From the NCBI GenBank assembly GCA_963926395.1, contig CAWUWX010000002.1, positions 3,920-67,919 on the forward strand: a stretch of DNA of 64,000 nt, read 5' to 3'. Of the stretch, positions 10,806 through 21,599 are shown piece after piece (the first letter of the stretch is position 1; each line of letters starts with the position of its first letter). The DNA is from an uncultured Alphaproteobacteria bacterium (lineage in GTDB: Bacteria > Pseudomonadota > Alphaproteobacteria > HIMB59). The notes under the pieces were generated by a model. That model was not told the DNA's origin and made no database searches. It saw only the letters and a list, made by a program, of their open reading frames with translations. A program made the translations under genes and the position numbers.

Positions 10806-11561
10806 ATGAAATCCTATAGTTATAAAAATTTCCAAATTGAAATCTTATATGAGGATGACCAATTAGCAATATTAAATAAGCCAGCTGCTTTATTAACTCA
10901 TAAAAAAAATATAAATGATGAGGAGCCATCATTATGTGAAAGTCTAAATAATCAATTTAAGATTACGGATGATGAACCGCTAAAAGAGGGAATTGTTCAT
11001 AGGCTAGATAAACATACAAGTGGTATTATTATAATTGCAAAAAATAGTTCTATAAAATTAAAATTAAAGGCATTGTTTAAAAATAGAGAGATAAATAAAT
11101 TTTATACAACTTATGTTATAGGTAATTTTCTTGATAAAGAGAAACAAATTACTGGTAATATTGCTAGACAAAATAAAAAAAGAACAAAATTTAAAATGTC
11201 TAGTGAGGGAGGTAAAGACTCTTTAACAATAGTAAGCTATAAGGAAAATTTTTTCGGTTCAATTAGTTTATTAGAATGTAAAATTATTACGGGCAGAACT
11301 CATCAGATCAGAGTGCACTTATCCAATTTAGGATTTCCTTTAATTGGTGATCATGATTATCAAAAAAATCTAGAGCAGAAATTTATGTTAAAAAATCTAC
11401 CTAATGCTATTAAAGTAATAGTGGATGAATTTCCAAGACAAGCACTTCATTCTTCCAGAATAAATTTTAAACATCCTATTACTGAAGATTTAATTGATAT
11501 AGAATGTTCATTGCCTGATGATTTAATGTACTTAGATAAGGTATTAAGAAATGTTAGATAA
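10806..11561 (+). CDS. rluD: RluA/RluD-family pseudouridine synthase (no S4 domain)
   Basis: NKPA, GIVHRLDKHTSG, TGRTHQIRVH, RQALH; upstream of rpoH. Confidence 0.9.
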   Translation: MKSYSYKNFQIEILYEDDQLAILNKPAALLTHKKNINDEEPSLCESLNNQFKITDDEPLKEGIVHRLDKHTSGIIIIAKNSSIKLKLKALFKNREINKFYTTYVIGNFLDKEKQITGNIARQNKKRTKFKMSSEGGKDSLTIVSYKENFFGSISLLECKIITGRTHQIRVHLSNLGFPLIGDHDYQKNLEQKFMLKNLPNAIKVIVDEFPRQALHSSRINFKHPITEDLIDIECSLPDDLMYLDKVLRNVR

Positions 11562-12444
11562 AAAAAGAAATTTACTACCCGTCATCACTTCTGAAAATGA
11601 TGTTTATCCCTATTTAAAAAAAATTAGTCAGTTTCCATTATTAACAAATGAAGAAGAGAAAGATTTAGCTTATAGATGGGTTAAAAATGGTGATACAAAA
11701 GCTGCACAAAAATTAGTAACTAGTCATTTAAGATTAGTTGCTAAAATTGCTATGGGCTATAAAGGTTATGGACTGCCTATTTTTGATTTGATATCTGAAG
11801 GTAATTTAGGATTAATGCAAGCAGTTAAAAAGTTTGATCCAGATAAAGGATTTAGATTAGCAACTTATGCTATTTGGTGGATAAGAGCATCCGTTCAAGA
11901 ATATGTACTTCACTCTTGGTCATTAGTTAAAATAGGTACTACCGCCGCTCAAAAAAAATTATTTTTTAATCTTAGGAGAATGAGGAATCAATTAAAAAAA
12001 TATGAAGAAGGCCACTTAAGCAACGATCAGATTAAGTCAATTTCAGTTGACCTGGGCGTTACTGTAGACGAAGTAAAACAAATGGAAGGAAGAGTTTTTA
12101 ATCAGGATTTTTCTCTTAATACCCCTCTCAACGATGAAAATCAAAGTGAATGGATCGATCAAATTGAAGATGAAAATATGGATATTGAAAATAAAACCGA
12201 AAAAGACGATGAGCTTGATAAACGCAAAGAGCTTTTTAACATTGCTGTTAAAACTCTTGAATCTAGAGAGTTGGAAATCTTGGAAGCAAGAAGGCTTGAA
12301 GAGCCAGTGAAAACGTTAGAAGAATTAAGTCAAAAATTTTCAATAAGTAGAGAAAGAGTAAGACAAATAGAAAACAAAGCCATAAAAAAAATTCAAGAGG
12401 AAATAAAAAATATGTCAGAAAACAAATTAGTTGGTAATAGTTAA
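11551..12444 (+). CDS. rpoH: RNA polymerase sigma-32 factor
   Basis: SHLRLVAKIA, RpoH box AQKKLFFNLRR, SRERVRQIE. Confidence 0.97.
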   Translation: MLDKKRNLLPVITSENDVYPYLKKISQFPLLTNEEEKDLAYRWVKNGDTKAAQKLVTSHLRLVAKIAMGYKGYGLPIFDLISEGNLGLMQAVKKFDPDKGFRLATYAIWWIRASVQEYVLHSWSLVKIGTTAAQKKLFFNLRRMRNQLKKYEEGHLSNDQIKSISVDLGVTVDEVKQMEGRVFNQDFSLNTPLNDENQSEWIDQIEDENMDIENKTEKDDELDKRKELFNIAVKTLESRELEILEARRLEEPVKTLEELSQKFSISRERVRQIENKAIKKIQEEIKNMSENKLVGNS

Positions 12445-12445
12445 T

Positions 12446-13699
12446 TTATCTTATTATTGTCTCATTTCGATCTGGACCAAAAGATATAATAGTAATAGGA
12501 ATTTCTAAATAGTTTTCAATATACTCAATAAAAACTTTCAAAGCTTTAGGAATTGACTGATAGCTATTCATGCCAGTTAAATCTCCCCATTTATCGAATT
12601 TTTGAAAATCATTTTCCTGAAGTTTAATATTCTCAAGAGCAGAATTAGAAGCAAAATTAATTTGATTATATAATTTACCATTATAACTTTTGCATATCTG
12701 TACTTCATCTAAATCATTAAGAACGTCAACCTTTGTTATGCATAACTCCTTTGTATTGTTTAATAAGCAACTATATTTTAAAGCTACTAAATCCAACCAA
12801 CCACATCTTCTTTTCCTTTTAGTGACCGTTCCAAATTCAAAACCTTTTTCTGCCATATAATCACCAATTTCATTAGATAGTTCAGATGGGAAAGGGCCAT
12901 TACCCACTCTAGTTGCATAGGCTTTAAAAATGCCTAATGTTTCATAGTTTTTATTAATAGCTGAACCAATAGGTATATAAGGGGAAATGGTATTAGATGA
13001 TGTTACATAAGGATAAGCTCCATAGTCTAGGTCAAGCAAAGATCCTTGAGCTCCTTCAAAAAGAATTTTTTTAGTATCAAAATTTGTATTAATAAAATTA
13101 TTATCCACTATTAAATCCTTAAGGGATTCAAACTTTTCAAAGAGGAATTTTTTATATTCAATTAAATCAATTGGGTTTTCACCAAATGCAATAAGTATAG
13201 GATCATAAAAACTTTTAACATTATTAAGTTTACTATCTAAAATTTCACTATCAGAAAGGTCGGCTAATTTAATACTCTTTCTACCTACTTTATCTTGATA
13301 AGCTGGTCCGATACCTTTAGCAGTGGTACCGATCTTTGAATTACCAACTAGAATTGATTCATTAATTTTATCTAATTTTTTGTGATAATCTAAAATTAAT
13401 GAAATATTTGAAGATAAGTAAATAATTGGATCAGGTATTTTTTCTTTAAATAATCTTAACTCTTCAACAAAGTGATCTGGATCTAAAATAACACCCTGTC
13501 CCAAGAAGCACACTTTGCCTCTAATAGCACCAGAAGGAATTAAATTTAATTTATATATTAAATCATCAACAATAACTGTATGACCAGCATTATTACCTCC
13601 TTGATAACGAACAACTAAATCAAAATTTTCAGAAAGATAATCTACTATCTTACCTTTTCCTTCGTCACCCCACTGAAGACCTATTATTGCTTTATTCAT
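12446..13699 (-). CDS. purA: Adenylosuccinate synthetase
   Basis: QWGDEGKGK, GGNNAGHT, EGAQG, YPYVTSS, TRVGNGPF. Confidence 0.97.
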   Translation of the reverse strand: MNKAIIGLQWGDEGKGKIVDYLSENFDLVVRYQGGNNAGHTVIVDDLIYKLNLIPSGAIRGKVCFLGQGVILDPDHFVEELRLFKEKIPDPIIYLSSNISLILDYHKKLDKINESILVGNSKIGTTAKGIGPAYQDKVGRKSIKLADLSDSEILDSKLNNVKSFYDPILIAFGENPIDLIEYKKFLFEKFESLKDLIVDNNFINTNFDTKKILFEGAQGSLLDLDYGAYPYVTSSNTISPYIPIGSAINKNYETLGIFKAYATRVGNGPFPSELSNEIGDYMAEKGFEFGTVTKRKRRCGWLDLVALKYSCLLNNTKELCITKVDVLNDLDEVQICKSYNGKLYNQINFASNSALENIKLQENDFQKFDKWGDLTGMNSYQSIPKALKVFIEYIENYLEIPITIISFGPDRNETIIR

Positions 13700-14400
13700 T
13701 AAACTAACTCCACTAAACTATCTATATTACATGAAAATCCGAAACCATTAAGTATCTTATTATTTTTTTTATACTTATATCCTCCACCCTGAGCTAAAAT
13801 TTTCTTTGAAATATCTGAATAAACATAAAAAAATATTTCTCTATGGTAATCTTTAGAAAAAAAGTTTTTTTCAGAATTTATAACAAATGGAATTTTTTTA
13901 TTATTAATAGCAAAACTTTTGATAAACTTAGATATGCGATTATCTTGTTTTTTTGAATCGAGAATATAATCGCTTTTATTGCTCAAATTAGGATCTGTAA
14001 AAACAAAACAATAATTTTTTTTAATTGTTAAATTAAGATATTCAACTAATAGATTAGTAGTTAATGAGAAAGATTTAGCATCTAATTGATTGATTACCTC
14101 TATTCCATGTTCTCTAAATTGCTTAATTTGCGAACTAACAAGATCTTTTTTAAAAACATCTCCCATATAATATAAGTTTTGTTTAGACGGTAAGTCTTGA
14201 CTAATAATAGAATTTAAAACCTGGCCTGTAATATCAGATCTTAAGTTAATTTCTTTTAAAATTTTTTTATCAGTCAGAACTGATGTAAATATTCTATTGA
14301 AAATTTTCTTTTTTTTTAAAAGATTTACAAATAAATTATCAAAATTTTCATATTTTTCAGCAGTTTTACCAAACTTTGTATCAAAGGAATTAACAAGCAT
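13699..14400 (-). CDS. hisZ: Shortened HisZ-like protein (ATP phosphoribosyltransferase regulatory subunit)
   Basis: LRSDITGQV, YYMGDVF, QFREHGIEVI, LAQGGGY, GFGFS class II aaRS-like remnants; immediately upstream of purA. Confidence 0.65.
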   Translation of the reverse strand: MLVNSFDTKFGKTAEKYENFDNLFVNLLKKKKIFNRIFTSVLTDKKILKEINLRSDITGQVLNSIISQDLPSKQNLYYMGDVFKKDLVSSQIKQFREHGIEVINQLDAKSFSLTTNLLVEYLNLTIKKNYCFVFTDPNLSNKSDYILDSKKQDNRISKFIKSFAINNKKIPFVINSEKNFFSKDYHREIFFYVYSDISKKILAQGGGYKYKKNNKILNGFGFSCNIDSLVELV

Positions 14401-15742
14401 CAGAAATTGTTTTAATAATTTTTAATTTAATATTATTTAATACATTCGGTTTTATACTTCTTTTATCGTATTGCAAGTTAACTCTTAGTAAGGGCTCTGT
14501 TCCAGAAGGTCTAATTGAATGAAATATTTTTTTATTTTTAATAATTTTAATTAAATCGATATATAATTTTTCTTGTTTGACTAAAAAAATCTCTTTGTCT
14601 ATTTTTTGATTAATCTCTAAAACTTCATACATATGTAAATCTTTTCTTAGTTCGCTTAATTTTTTATTTTCCTTCTTCATTATAGACATAACTTTGATAG
14701 CCGCTACTAAACCATCCCCTATTAAGTTACTATTCTGGAATATAAAGTGTCCTGAAGGTTCGCCTCCAAATAAATGACCTTTATTGACAATGGCGTCTAT
14801 AATATTTTTGTCCCCCACCTTAACCCTTAATAAATTTAGGCCAATTTTATTTAAACATTCTTCAAATCCATAATTTGCAACTTCATTACTTATAATAGTT
14901 GAACCTTTTTTTAAAATTTTATTTTTTAAATAGTGTTTAGCGATTATATAAAGTATCTCCTCACCACTTAAAATAATTCCTTTTTCATCAATTAGAACCA
15001 CTCGGTCAGCATCACCGTCAAGACATATACCAATATTTGCTTTTTTTCTCATGACTTGCCTTGAAGCTTTTGCGGGAAATAATGAACCACAATCTGCATT
15101 AATATTAGTTCCATTTGGACTACTATTAATTGTCTTTAAATCCACACCAAGTTCGTAGAGTATTTGTGGAGCTACTTTATATGCAGCACCATTTGCTGTA
15201 TCTAAAACAACTCTCATATCATGAAATGTAATTTTTTTATCTACTTCTTGCTTTAATGCTTCTGAATATCTTCCAATTGCATCTTTGAGTCTCTCCGCCT
15301 TACCTAAGGCGTTAGATTTAATTTTATGATTTTCAAAATCATAATTAAAAAACAAATCCTCAATTTTTCTTTCTTCTTCTAATGATATTTTTAAACCATT
15401 TGAATTAAAAAATTTTAAACCGTTATCTTGATAAGGATTATGGGATGCGGTAATCATAATTGAAAAATCTGCCCTTAATGATTTACCTAAAAGACTTAAA
15501 GCTGGAGTGGGTAGCGGACCAACTAAAATTACATCCATTCCCATTGAAATTAAGCCAGCAGTAATAGCGGGCTCAAATATATAGCCGGATAGCCTTGTAT
15601 CTTTATTAACGACTACTCTATTGATAGAAGTCTTTTTTCGAAGAACTAATGAGGCTGCTTTAGATAATTTTAGAATACTTTCTGCTGTTAAAGGATATTG
15701 ATTGACCTTACCCCTAATTCCATCTGTACCAAATAATCTCAT
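14390..15742 (-). CDS. glmM: Phosphoglucosamine mutase
   Basis: LFGTDGIRG, ITASHNPYQDNG, DGDADR, GGEPSGH, RPSGTEP. Confidence 0.96.
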   Translation of the reverse strand: MRLFGTDGIRGKVNQYPLTAESILKLSKAASLVLRKKTSINRVVVNKDTRLSGYIFEPAITAGLISMGMDVILVGPLPTPALSLLGKSLRADFSIMITASHNPYQDNGLKFFNSNGLKISLEEERKIEDLFFNYDFENHKIKSNALGKAERLKDAIGRYSEALKQEVDKKITFHDMRVVLDTANGAAYKVAPQILYELGVDLKTINSSPNGTNINADCGSLFPAKASRQVMRKKANIGICLDGDADRVVLIDEKGIILSGEEILYIIAKHYLKNKILKKGSTIISNEVANYGFEECLNKIGLNLLRVKVGDKNIIDAIVNKGHLFGGEPSGHFIFQNSNLIGDGLVAAIKVMSIMKKENKKLSELRKDLHMYEVLEINQKIDKEIFLVKQEKLYIDLIKIIKNKKIFHSIRPSGTEPLLRVNLQYDKRSIKPNVLNNIKLKIIKTISDAC

Positions 15743-15769
15743 ACGGCTTATGAATATAGAAAAGACAGG

Positions 15770-17704
15770 TTAATTTGGAAGGGGAAAATTTTGATCTTTT
15801 GTAAAAGACGGTAAAGGACTTTTTTTTCCAGTTTGTTCTTCATTATTTTCATCAGAATTGTTTGAACTTCCTCCAAGATCATCTTCATCTCTAGTAGGCT
15901 TTATTCCCTTAATAAGATTTTTAATCTCTTCTCCTGTTAATGTTTCATATTCTAATAAACCTTTTGCTATTATATGAAGATCTTTAATATTGTCTTCTAA
16001 AATTTTTCTTGCTCTTTTTTCTGCATCAACAACAATTCTTATGACTTCTTCATCTATAATTCTAGCTGTTTGCTCAGAAATATTTTTAGATTGTGAAACA
16101 GAATGCCCTAAAAAGACTTCTTCTTGATTACCGCTATATCTCACTCTACCTAATTTTTCACTATATCCGAATTCAGTAACCATTTTTCTTGCAAGACTAG
16201 TGACTTGCTGTATGTCTCCCGCAGCACCAGAACCAATTTTTTCAGGTCCAAAAATAATTTCTTCTGCTATCCTAGCGGCAACTGTTATTACCAATTTATC
16301 CAAAAACTCATCTTTTCTATGTATGACTTTATCGTGTTCAGGAACGCTCATCACAAAACCTAAAGCTCTTCCTGTAGGTATAATAGAAGATTTATATATT
16401 GGATCAGCATGTGTGCAGTGCAAGTTTGCTAAAGCATGCCCAGCTTCATGATATGCAATTACTTCTTTTTCACTATCAGAAATTATTTTAGATCTATTTT
16501 GGGTTCCAAGCATAACTTTATCTTTAGCTTCTTCGAAATCTATCATCGTAACCATTTTTTTATTTTTTCTAGCTGCTGTTAAAGCGGCTTCATTTACAAT
16601 GTTTGCCAAATCTGCTCCAGAGAAACCAGGCGTAGATCTTGCTATTGAGATAGTTTTAACAGACTTGTCCATTTTAATTTTCTTAGTATGGACTTTTAGA
16701 ATTTTATCTCTGCCAATAATATCGGGAGAAGGGACTACAACTTGCCTATCAAATCTACCCGGTCTCAATAAGGCAGGATCTAGAACATCAGGTCTATTTG
16801 TTGCAGCAACAATTATAATACCTTCATTGGCTTCAAATCCATCCATCTCAACAAGTAGTTGATTGAGTGTTTGTTCTCTTTCATCATTTCCACCACCTAG
16901 TCCAGCACCCCTATGTCTTCCAACAGCATCAATTTCATCTATGAAAATTATGCAAGGAGCACTTTTTTTTGCCTGCTCAAACATATCTCTTACTCTACTT
17001 GCACCAACACCAACAAACATTTCTACGAAATCTGACCCCGAAATAGAAAAGAAAGGCACGCCAGCTTCACCAGCTATAGCTCTAGCTAAAAGAGTTTTAC
17101 CAGTTCCTGGAGTTCCAACTAGAAGTGCACCTTTTGGTATTTTAGCACCTAATTTTTGATACTTATGTGGATCTTTTAGAAATTCAACAACTTCTTCTAG
17201 ATCTTGTTTTGCCTCATCAATTCCTGCAACATCATTAAAAGTCACTTTATTCTTATTTTCATTTAATAATTTTGCTTTAGATCTTCCAAAACCCATAGCT
17301 CCTCCACCTTTACCTGATTGCATTTGCTTCATAAAAAATATCCAAACACCAATTAGCAATAACATAGGAAACCAAGATAAAAATATACTCAATAGTGGAT
17401 GCATTCCACTTTGCTCAGCACTTGCAACAATGGAGACATTTGCCTCAGATAATTTTTCAATTAAATTAGGGTCTCTAGGAGAATAAGTGAAAAACTCAAG
17501 ACCATCTATGGTTTCTCCATAAATATTATTTCCTTCTATTTTAACAGATTTTATCTGACCTTGACTTGTTTTTTCAAGAAAAGATGAATAGGAGTATTCA
17601 AAAGACTTGTTATCCATTTGAGAATTTTTAAAAATATTGAATAAAGCTAATAGTATTAAGCTAATAACAATCCATACGAATATATTTTTGGAGAAATTTT
17701 TCAT
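15770..17704 (-). CDS. ftsH: ATP-dependent zinc metalloprotease FtsH
   Basis: Two TM helices, [20 protein letters not shown]. Confidence 0.98.
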   Translation of the reverse strand: MKNFSKNIFVWIVISLILLALFNIFKNSQMDNKSFEYSYSSFLEKTSQGQIKSVKIEGNNIYGETIDGLEFFTYSPRDPNLIEKLSEANVSIVASAEQSGMHPLLSIFLSWFPMLLLIGVWIFFMKQMQSGKGGGAMGFGRSKAKLLNENKNKVTFNDVAGIDEAKQDLEEVVEFLKDPHKYQKLGAKIPKGALLVGTPGTGKTLLARAIAGEAGVPFFSISGSDFVEMFVGVGASRVRDMFEQAKKSAPCIIFIDEIDAVGRHRGAGLGGGNDEREQTLNQLLVEMDGFEANEGIIIVAATNRPDVLDPALLRPGRFDRQVVVPSPDIIGRDKILKVHTKKIKMDKSVKTISIARSTPGFSGADLANIVNEAALTAARKNKKMVTMIDFEEAKDKVMLGTQNRSKIISDSEKEVIAYHEAGHALANLHCTHADPIYKSSIIPTGRALGFVMSVPEHDKVIHRKDEFLDKLVITVAARIAEEIIFGPEKIGSGAAGDIQQVTSLARKMVTEFGYSEKLGRVRYSGNQEEVFLGHSVSQSKNISEQTARIIDEEVIRIVVDAEKRARKILEDNIKDLHIIAKGLLEYETLTGEEIKNLIKGIKPTRDEDDLGGSSNNSDENNEEQTGKKSPLPSFTKDQNFPLPN

Positions 17705-17719
17705 CTATGATTAATATAG

Positions 17720-18694
17720 CTATAGATTTTTTTGTTTAAAGGGCTGAATTTGAATAAAATTTATTAACAATTCTGAAACTTGAATGAATCCGCCTTTAAT
17801 CGATCTTTTTTTATTAAAATTTGATGATTTATCCACTATTGCACAAATATTATCAATATTAACAGACCTAATTGAGTCAATAGGCGCAATCAAAATCAAG
17901 ACTTTATAAAGGAGGTGTTTTTTGATTACCAAAGGAAGTTTATCAAAAATAAATTTTTGAATACTTATAGAGTCTTGATTCTCTATTATAAGTAAATCTA
18001 AAAATTTTTCTAAATCATCAATATCACCGAGTGACTGGTAATAAGATTTTAATTCTTCACTATGCTTTTTATTGATTAAATGATTTCTAATTTTATTTCT
18101 AGTATAGATATTTTCACTATTTGTTCGGTCTTCAAACCATCTTAATTTATTAAAGTTTGCAAAAGTATTAATTTGATTTTTAGTAAAAACTTTCAAAGGT
18201 CTGTGAAAATTTAAACCATTAAAGGAATTAGAAAAAATATTTAGATTACCCCTAATACCCGATAATTGAATTTTTCTTAAAAGCAGTGTTTCAAGAATAT
18301 CGTCATTATGATGACCAAGAAAAATATCTTTTATTTTAAATTTTTTAGCATAATTAATTATTTTACTAATTCTAATATCTCTTGATTTTTCTTGAAATCT
18401 ATTTCCCTTTAACTTTGAACCTATTTTAAAAATTTTATAAGAAAAAAAAATATTGATTTTATAAAAATTAATCAAACTTTTAATTTCCAGTCCACTCTCA
18501 GCTCTTGTCTGGTGATCAAAAATTAAAATATGGATTTTTTTCTTAGAAGGAAAATAATTTGTTAATAAAAAAAATAAGACCGTACTATCAATCCCCCCCG
18601 ATAAAGAGATCACTATAGAATTAGTTTTTTTAATTGAATTAATAACACAAAAATTATCAATAAATTTTTGATTTAGAATTTCTGCTTTAGTCAA
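17720..18694 (-). CDS. tilS: tRNA(Ile)-lysidine synthetase
   Basis: SGGIDS, DH..R, GHHNDDILET, EDRTN..RNKIR; upstream of ftsH. Confidence 0.9.
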   Translation of the reverse strand: MTKAEILNQKFIDNFCVINSIKKTNSIVISLSGGIDSTVLFFLLTNYFPSKKKIHILIFDHQTRAESGLEIKSLINFYKINIFFSYKIFKIGSKLKGNRFQEKSRDIRISKIINYAKKFKIKDIFLGHHNDDILETLLLRKIQLSGIRGNLNIFSNSFNGLNFHRPLKVFTKNQINTFANFNKLRWFEDRTNSENIYTRNKIRNHLINKKHSEELKSYYQSLGDIDDLEKFLDLLIIENQDSISIQKFIFDKLPLVIKKHLLYKVLILIAPIDSIRSVNIDNICAIVDKSSNFNKKRSIKGGFIQVSELLINFIQIQPFKQKNL

Positions 18695-19616
18695 TAATTA
18701 AGCCGCAACTTTGCTCTTCTTGCAAAGATTTAGAATCCTCCACTATTCCCAATTCACTACTGTAGTCATTTGAAAAAATTATATCCTCCATAACTAGGCA
18801 GGCATTTTCTTTATCTCCAATTTTTACAAGAGATTTAGCTAACCAGTAATAATTATCTGCTTTAAAATTCTGAATATCTTCAAAATCCCTATGTCTAATT
18901 CCAAAATATTTGATTGCCTCTATAAAATTACTATTAATGAAATAGGTTCTGCCTAGCCAATAATAAGACTCTGAAATCACATTTCTATTATCAGATTTAG
19001 ATTCGATAATTTTAGACAGACTTTGTATTGCTCTTGAATTATCTAGCGATCCCATAAAGTTTTTAGCCGCAATTAACTCCTGCTCTACGTTTAAAGGATT
19101 TACCTCTTGAACAACTTCATCTTGAATTTCATCTAGTAATTCATTTTCAATTTCTATTATTTCCGCATTATCAACAGGTAGTTTATTTTCACCCTCTAAA
19201 TCATTTAAGCTAATTTGGCCTAATTGTTTTGTCTCATTAGTTTCTGAAATAATAGAAGAGGAGTCTTGCTGTATAATTATTCCGTCAGAGCTCTTGATAG
19301 TAGATAAGGTGACTGTATTTTGATTAAGATATAATGAATATAAATCGCTAATTTTAATTTCCAACTCTTCCAGTCTAAAATTAATTTTTTTTAAAGCATT
19401 TTCTAGATCTGAAACTTTATCTGATGAAGCTACTCCAGTTGTGCTGATTTCATTTTCCTGACTATTAGGATTTAAATTGTTATAAACGAAACTCTGGAGA
19501 TCTTGTAGGTCATTACTTAATCTATCGATATCATTAGATAATTTAGAATTTGTTTCTTCGGACTGTACTGAGTTGATATGAAATATTAATAAGATTATTA
19601 TATGTAAAAATTTCAT
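18687..19616 (-). CDS. cpoB: Tol-Pal-associated CpoB/YbgF (coiled coil plus TPR)
   Basis: Signal peptide, coiled coil, YYWLG TPR repeats; pal-cpoB-tilS synteny. Confidence 0.82.
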   Translation of the reverse strand: MKFLHIIILLIFHINSVQSEETNSKLSNDIDRLSNDLQDLQSFVYNNLNPNSQENEISTTGVASSDKVSDLENALKKINFRLEELEIKISDLYSLYLNQNTVTLSTIKSSDGIIIQQDSSSIISETNETKQLGQISLNDLEGENKLPVDNAEIIEIENELLDEIQDEVVQEVNPLNVEQELIAAKNFMGSLDNSRAIQSLSKIIESKSDNRNVISESYYWLGRTYFINSNFIEAIKYFGIRHRDFEDIQNFKADNYYWLAKSLVKIGDKENACLVMEDIIFSNDYSSELGIVEDSKSLQEEQSCGLIID

Positions 19617-19625
19617 TAAAATTTT

Positions 19626-19653
19626 CGCCTCACTAAATTTCTAAAGTGAGGCG
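19626..19653 (-). terminator. Stem-loop after pal (terminator or mRNA stabiliser)
   Basis: Inverted repeat CGCCTCACT-10 nt-AGTGAGGCG just downstream of the pal stop; no clean U-tract. Confidence 0.55.
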
Positions 19654-19667
19654 TTAAATAAATTTAC

Positions 19668-20120
19668 TTATTTTGTTACTGTAGTAACTGATCTTCTATT
19701 TTGGCTCCAAGCAGAGTCAGTTGAACCAATAACTTCAGGTCTCTCTTTACCAAAGCTAACAGTATTCATTCTCGTGTTTGCAACACCTGCATCCATCAAG
19801 TAATTATATACAGTATTTGCTCTTTTAGCACCTAGAGCTAAGTTGTACTCTCTTGTACCTCTTTCGTCAGCATGACCTTCAATAGTGATATCAACTTCTG
19901 AATATTGCTTTAACCAAGCTACCTGAGCATCTAGAGTAGATTGACCATCAACAGTAATTTCAAAACTGTCAAATTCGAAGAATACTCTATCTCCAACATT
20001 AACGATTAAATCTTCTTGGGATCCGGCAGCAATACTTCCACCACCTGTTACATTTTTTTGACCAGCACAAGAAGTTAGAATCAAGCCAGAAATTAGTATT
20101 ATAAAAAGTTTTTTTAACAT
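19668..20120 (-). CDS. pal: Peptidoglycan-associated lipoprotein
   Basis: Lipobox LTSC, IEGHADERGTREYNLALG, SFGKERP, NRR. Confidence 0.97.
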   Translation of the reverse strand: MLKKLFIILISGLILTSCAGQKNVTGGGSIAAGSQEDLIVNVGDRVFFEFDSFEITVDGQSTLDAQVAWLKQYSEVDITIEGHADERGTREYNLALGAKRANTVYNYLMDAGVANTRMNTVSFGKERPEVIGSTDSAWSQNRRSVTTVTK

Positions 20121-20240
20121 GTTTGTTATTCTCCGCGTGTTTAAACTATATTTAAACTAGATTAATCATCGATTTAAACCTAAATCAAGACTTATTATTA
20201 TCTGTTTAATTAAATTTTTATTAAATTTATGTTCCAAACC

Positions 20241-21566
20241 TCATAATAGTGGTGACCAGGCTGGATCAGAGCCGTCTCTTGGGGTTTGTATTTTTCTTTC
20301 ATTAAATCCTGTAATATCAATAAAATGGATGGAAGTTTGTCCTCCAGTTCCATCTTCTTTCGATCTCTTTTGTCTATGATATATCAAATATCTTCCATTT
20401 GGCGACCATGCAGGAGATTCTAAGGAAAAATCTTTAACGACAACTCTTTCGTTAAGTCCAACTATATCCATGATACCTATATGAAATAATCCTTGTGTTA
20501 ATTTAGTAAAAGCAATTTGATCCCCTCTAGGAGACCAAACTGGATTTCCATAAACGCCCTTTCCCCTACTAATTCTTTTAATATTTTTTCCATTAGTATC
20601 CATTATGTATAATTGGGGATAGCCCGCTCTATCTGAATTAAAAACAATTTTTTTACCATCGGGAGAAAAAGAAGGTGATGTATCTATACCAGGGTCATTA
20701 GTTAATCTTTCTATGGTTCTTGTATTTAAGTCCATTAAATAAATTTCTGTATTAGCTGTCTTTGGATCTGAAAAAGACATCACAATTTTTTGACTATCAG
20801 GTGAAAACCTAGGAGCAAAAGTCATTCCTGGAAAATCACCAACAATTTCCCTCACTCCTGTTTTTAAATTATAAATATAAACTCTCGGGATATTGTTTTC
20901 ATATTCCATATAAGTAATAGTTTGATTATTTGGAGCAAATCTTGGCGTGAGAACTAAATTTTTACCATTCGTTAAAAATTGATGACTGTCAGGGTGTCCG
21001 TCCTGATCCATAATCGCAAGTCTTTTTACTCTTTGATTCAAAGGTCCGACTTCAGATATATAAACAATTCTAGTATCGAAATAACCTCCCTCTCCGGTTA
21101 TACGTTCATAAACTAAGTCACTGATTTTATGTCCCAATCTTCTTATAAGTTCTAGATTAGGAATTGACATTTTAATCGCTTTAATTTCTTGACCAGCAAA
21201 AACATCATATAATCTTATTTTTACAATATATGTATTGTTAGAATAATTCACATCACCACTTAAAAGGAATTGAGCTTTAATTATTTTCCAATCTTCAAAT
21301 CTTGGGACTTTATCTACCAAATTATCTGATTGAATATACAAGTCTTCATCTACAGTATAAAATAGTCCAGAATTTGTAAGGTTATTGGAAATAATTTCCC
21401 TTAATATCTTTCCGCCCTTAGCAGCTTTATCACTGCTACCAAAAAAATCAGTTATTGCAATAGGAGTTGGTTCAACCTTACCTTGAGAAATAGTAACTTC
21501 TAATGCTGCGAAAACATTTGATGAAAAAAAAACTATAAATAGAATTAATGAGAATTGTTTTTTCAT
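20241..21566 (-). CDS. tolB: Tol-Pal beta-propeller TolB
   Basis: GYFDTRIVY, MDQDG, repeated P.FSPDG blades, PAWSP. Confidence 0.97.
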   Translation of the reverse strand: MKKQFSLILFIVFFSSNVFAALEVTISQGKVEPTPIAITDFFGSSDKAAKGGKILREIISNNLTNSGLFYTVDEDLYIQSDNLVDKVPRFEDWKIIKAQFLLSGDVNYSNNTYIVKIRLYDVFAGQEIKAIKMSIPNLELIRRLGHKISDLVYERITGEGGYFDTRIVYISEVGPLNQRVKRLAIMDQDGHPDSHQFLTNGKNLVLTPRFAPNNQTITYMEYENNIPRVYIYNLKTGVREIVGDFPGMTFAPRFSPDSQKIVMSFSDPKTANTEIYLMDLNTRTIERLTNDPGIDTSPSFSPDGKKIVFNSDRAGYPQLYIMDTNGKNIKRISRGKGVYGNPVWSPRGDQIAFTKLTQGLFHIGIMDIVGLNERVVVKDFSLESPAWSPNGRYLIYHRQKRSKEDGTGGQTSIHFIDITGFNERKIQTPRDGSDPAWSPLL

Positions 21567-21599
21567 AATTAATACAACATAACATATAATTTTTAAAAT

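Noticed and set aside
16200-17159. Three + strand ORFs inside ftsH
   Set aside because: Antisense codon shadows of a highly conserved gene
20141-20224. Two TTAA-N7-TTAA (CtrA-like) boxes upstream of pal
   Set aside because: Biologically plausible, but expected by chance in an intergenic tract this AT-rich; cannot be supported without conservation data
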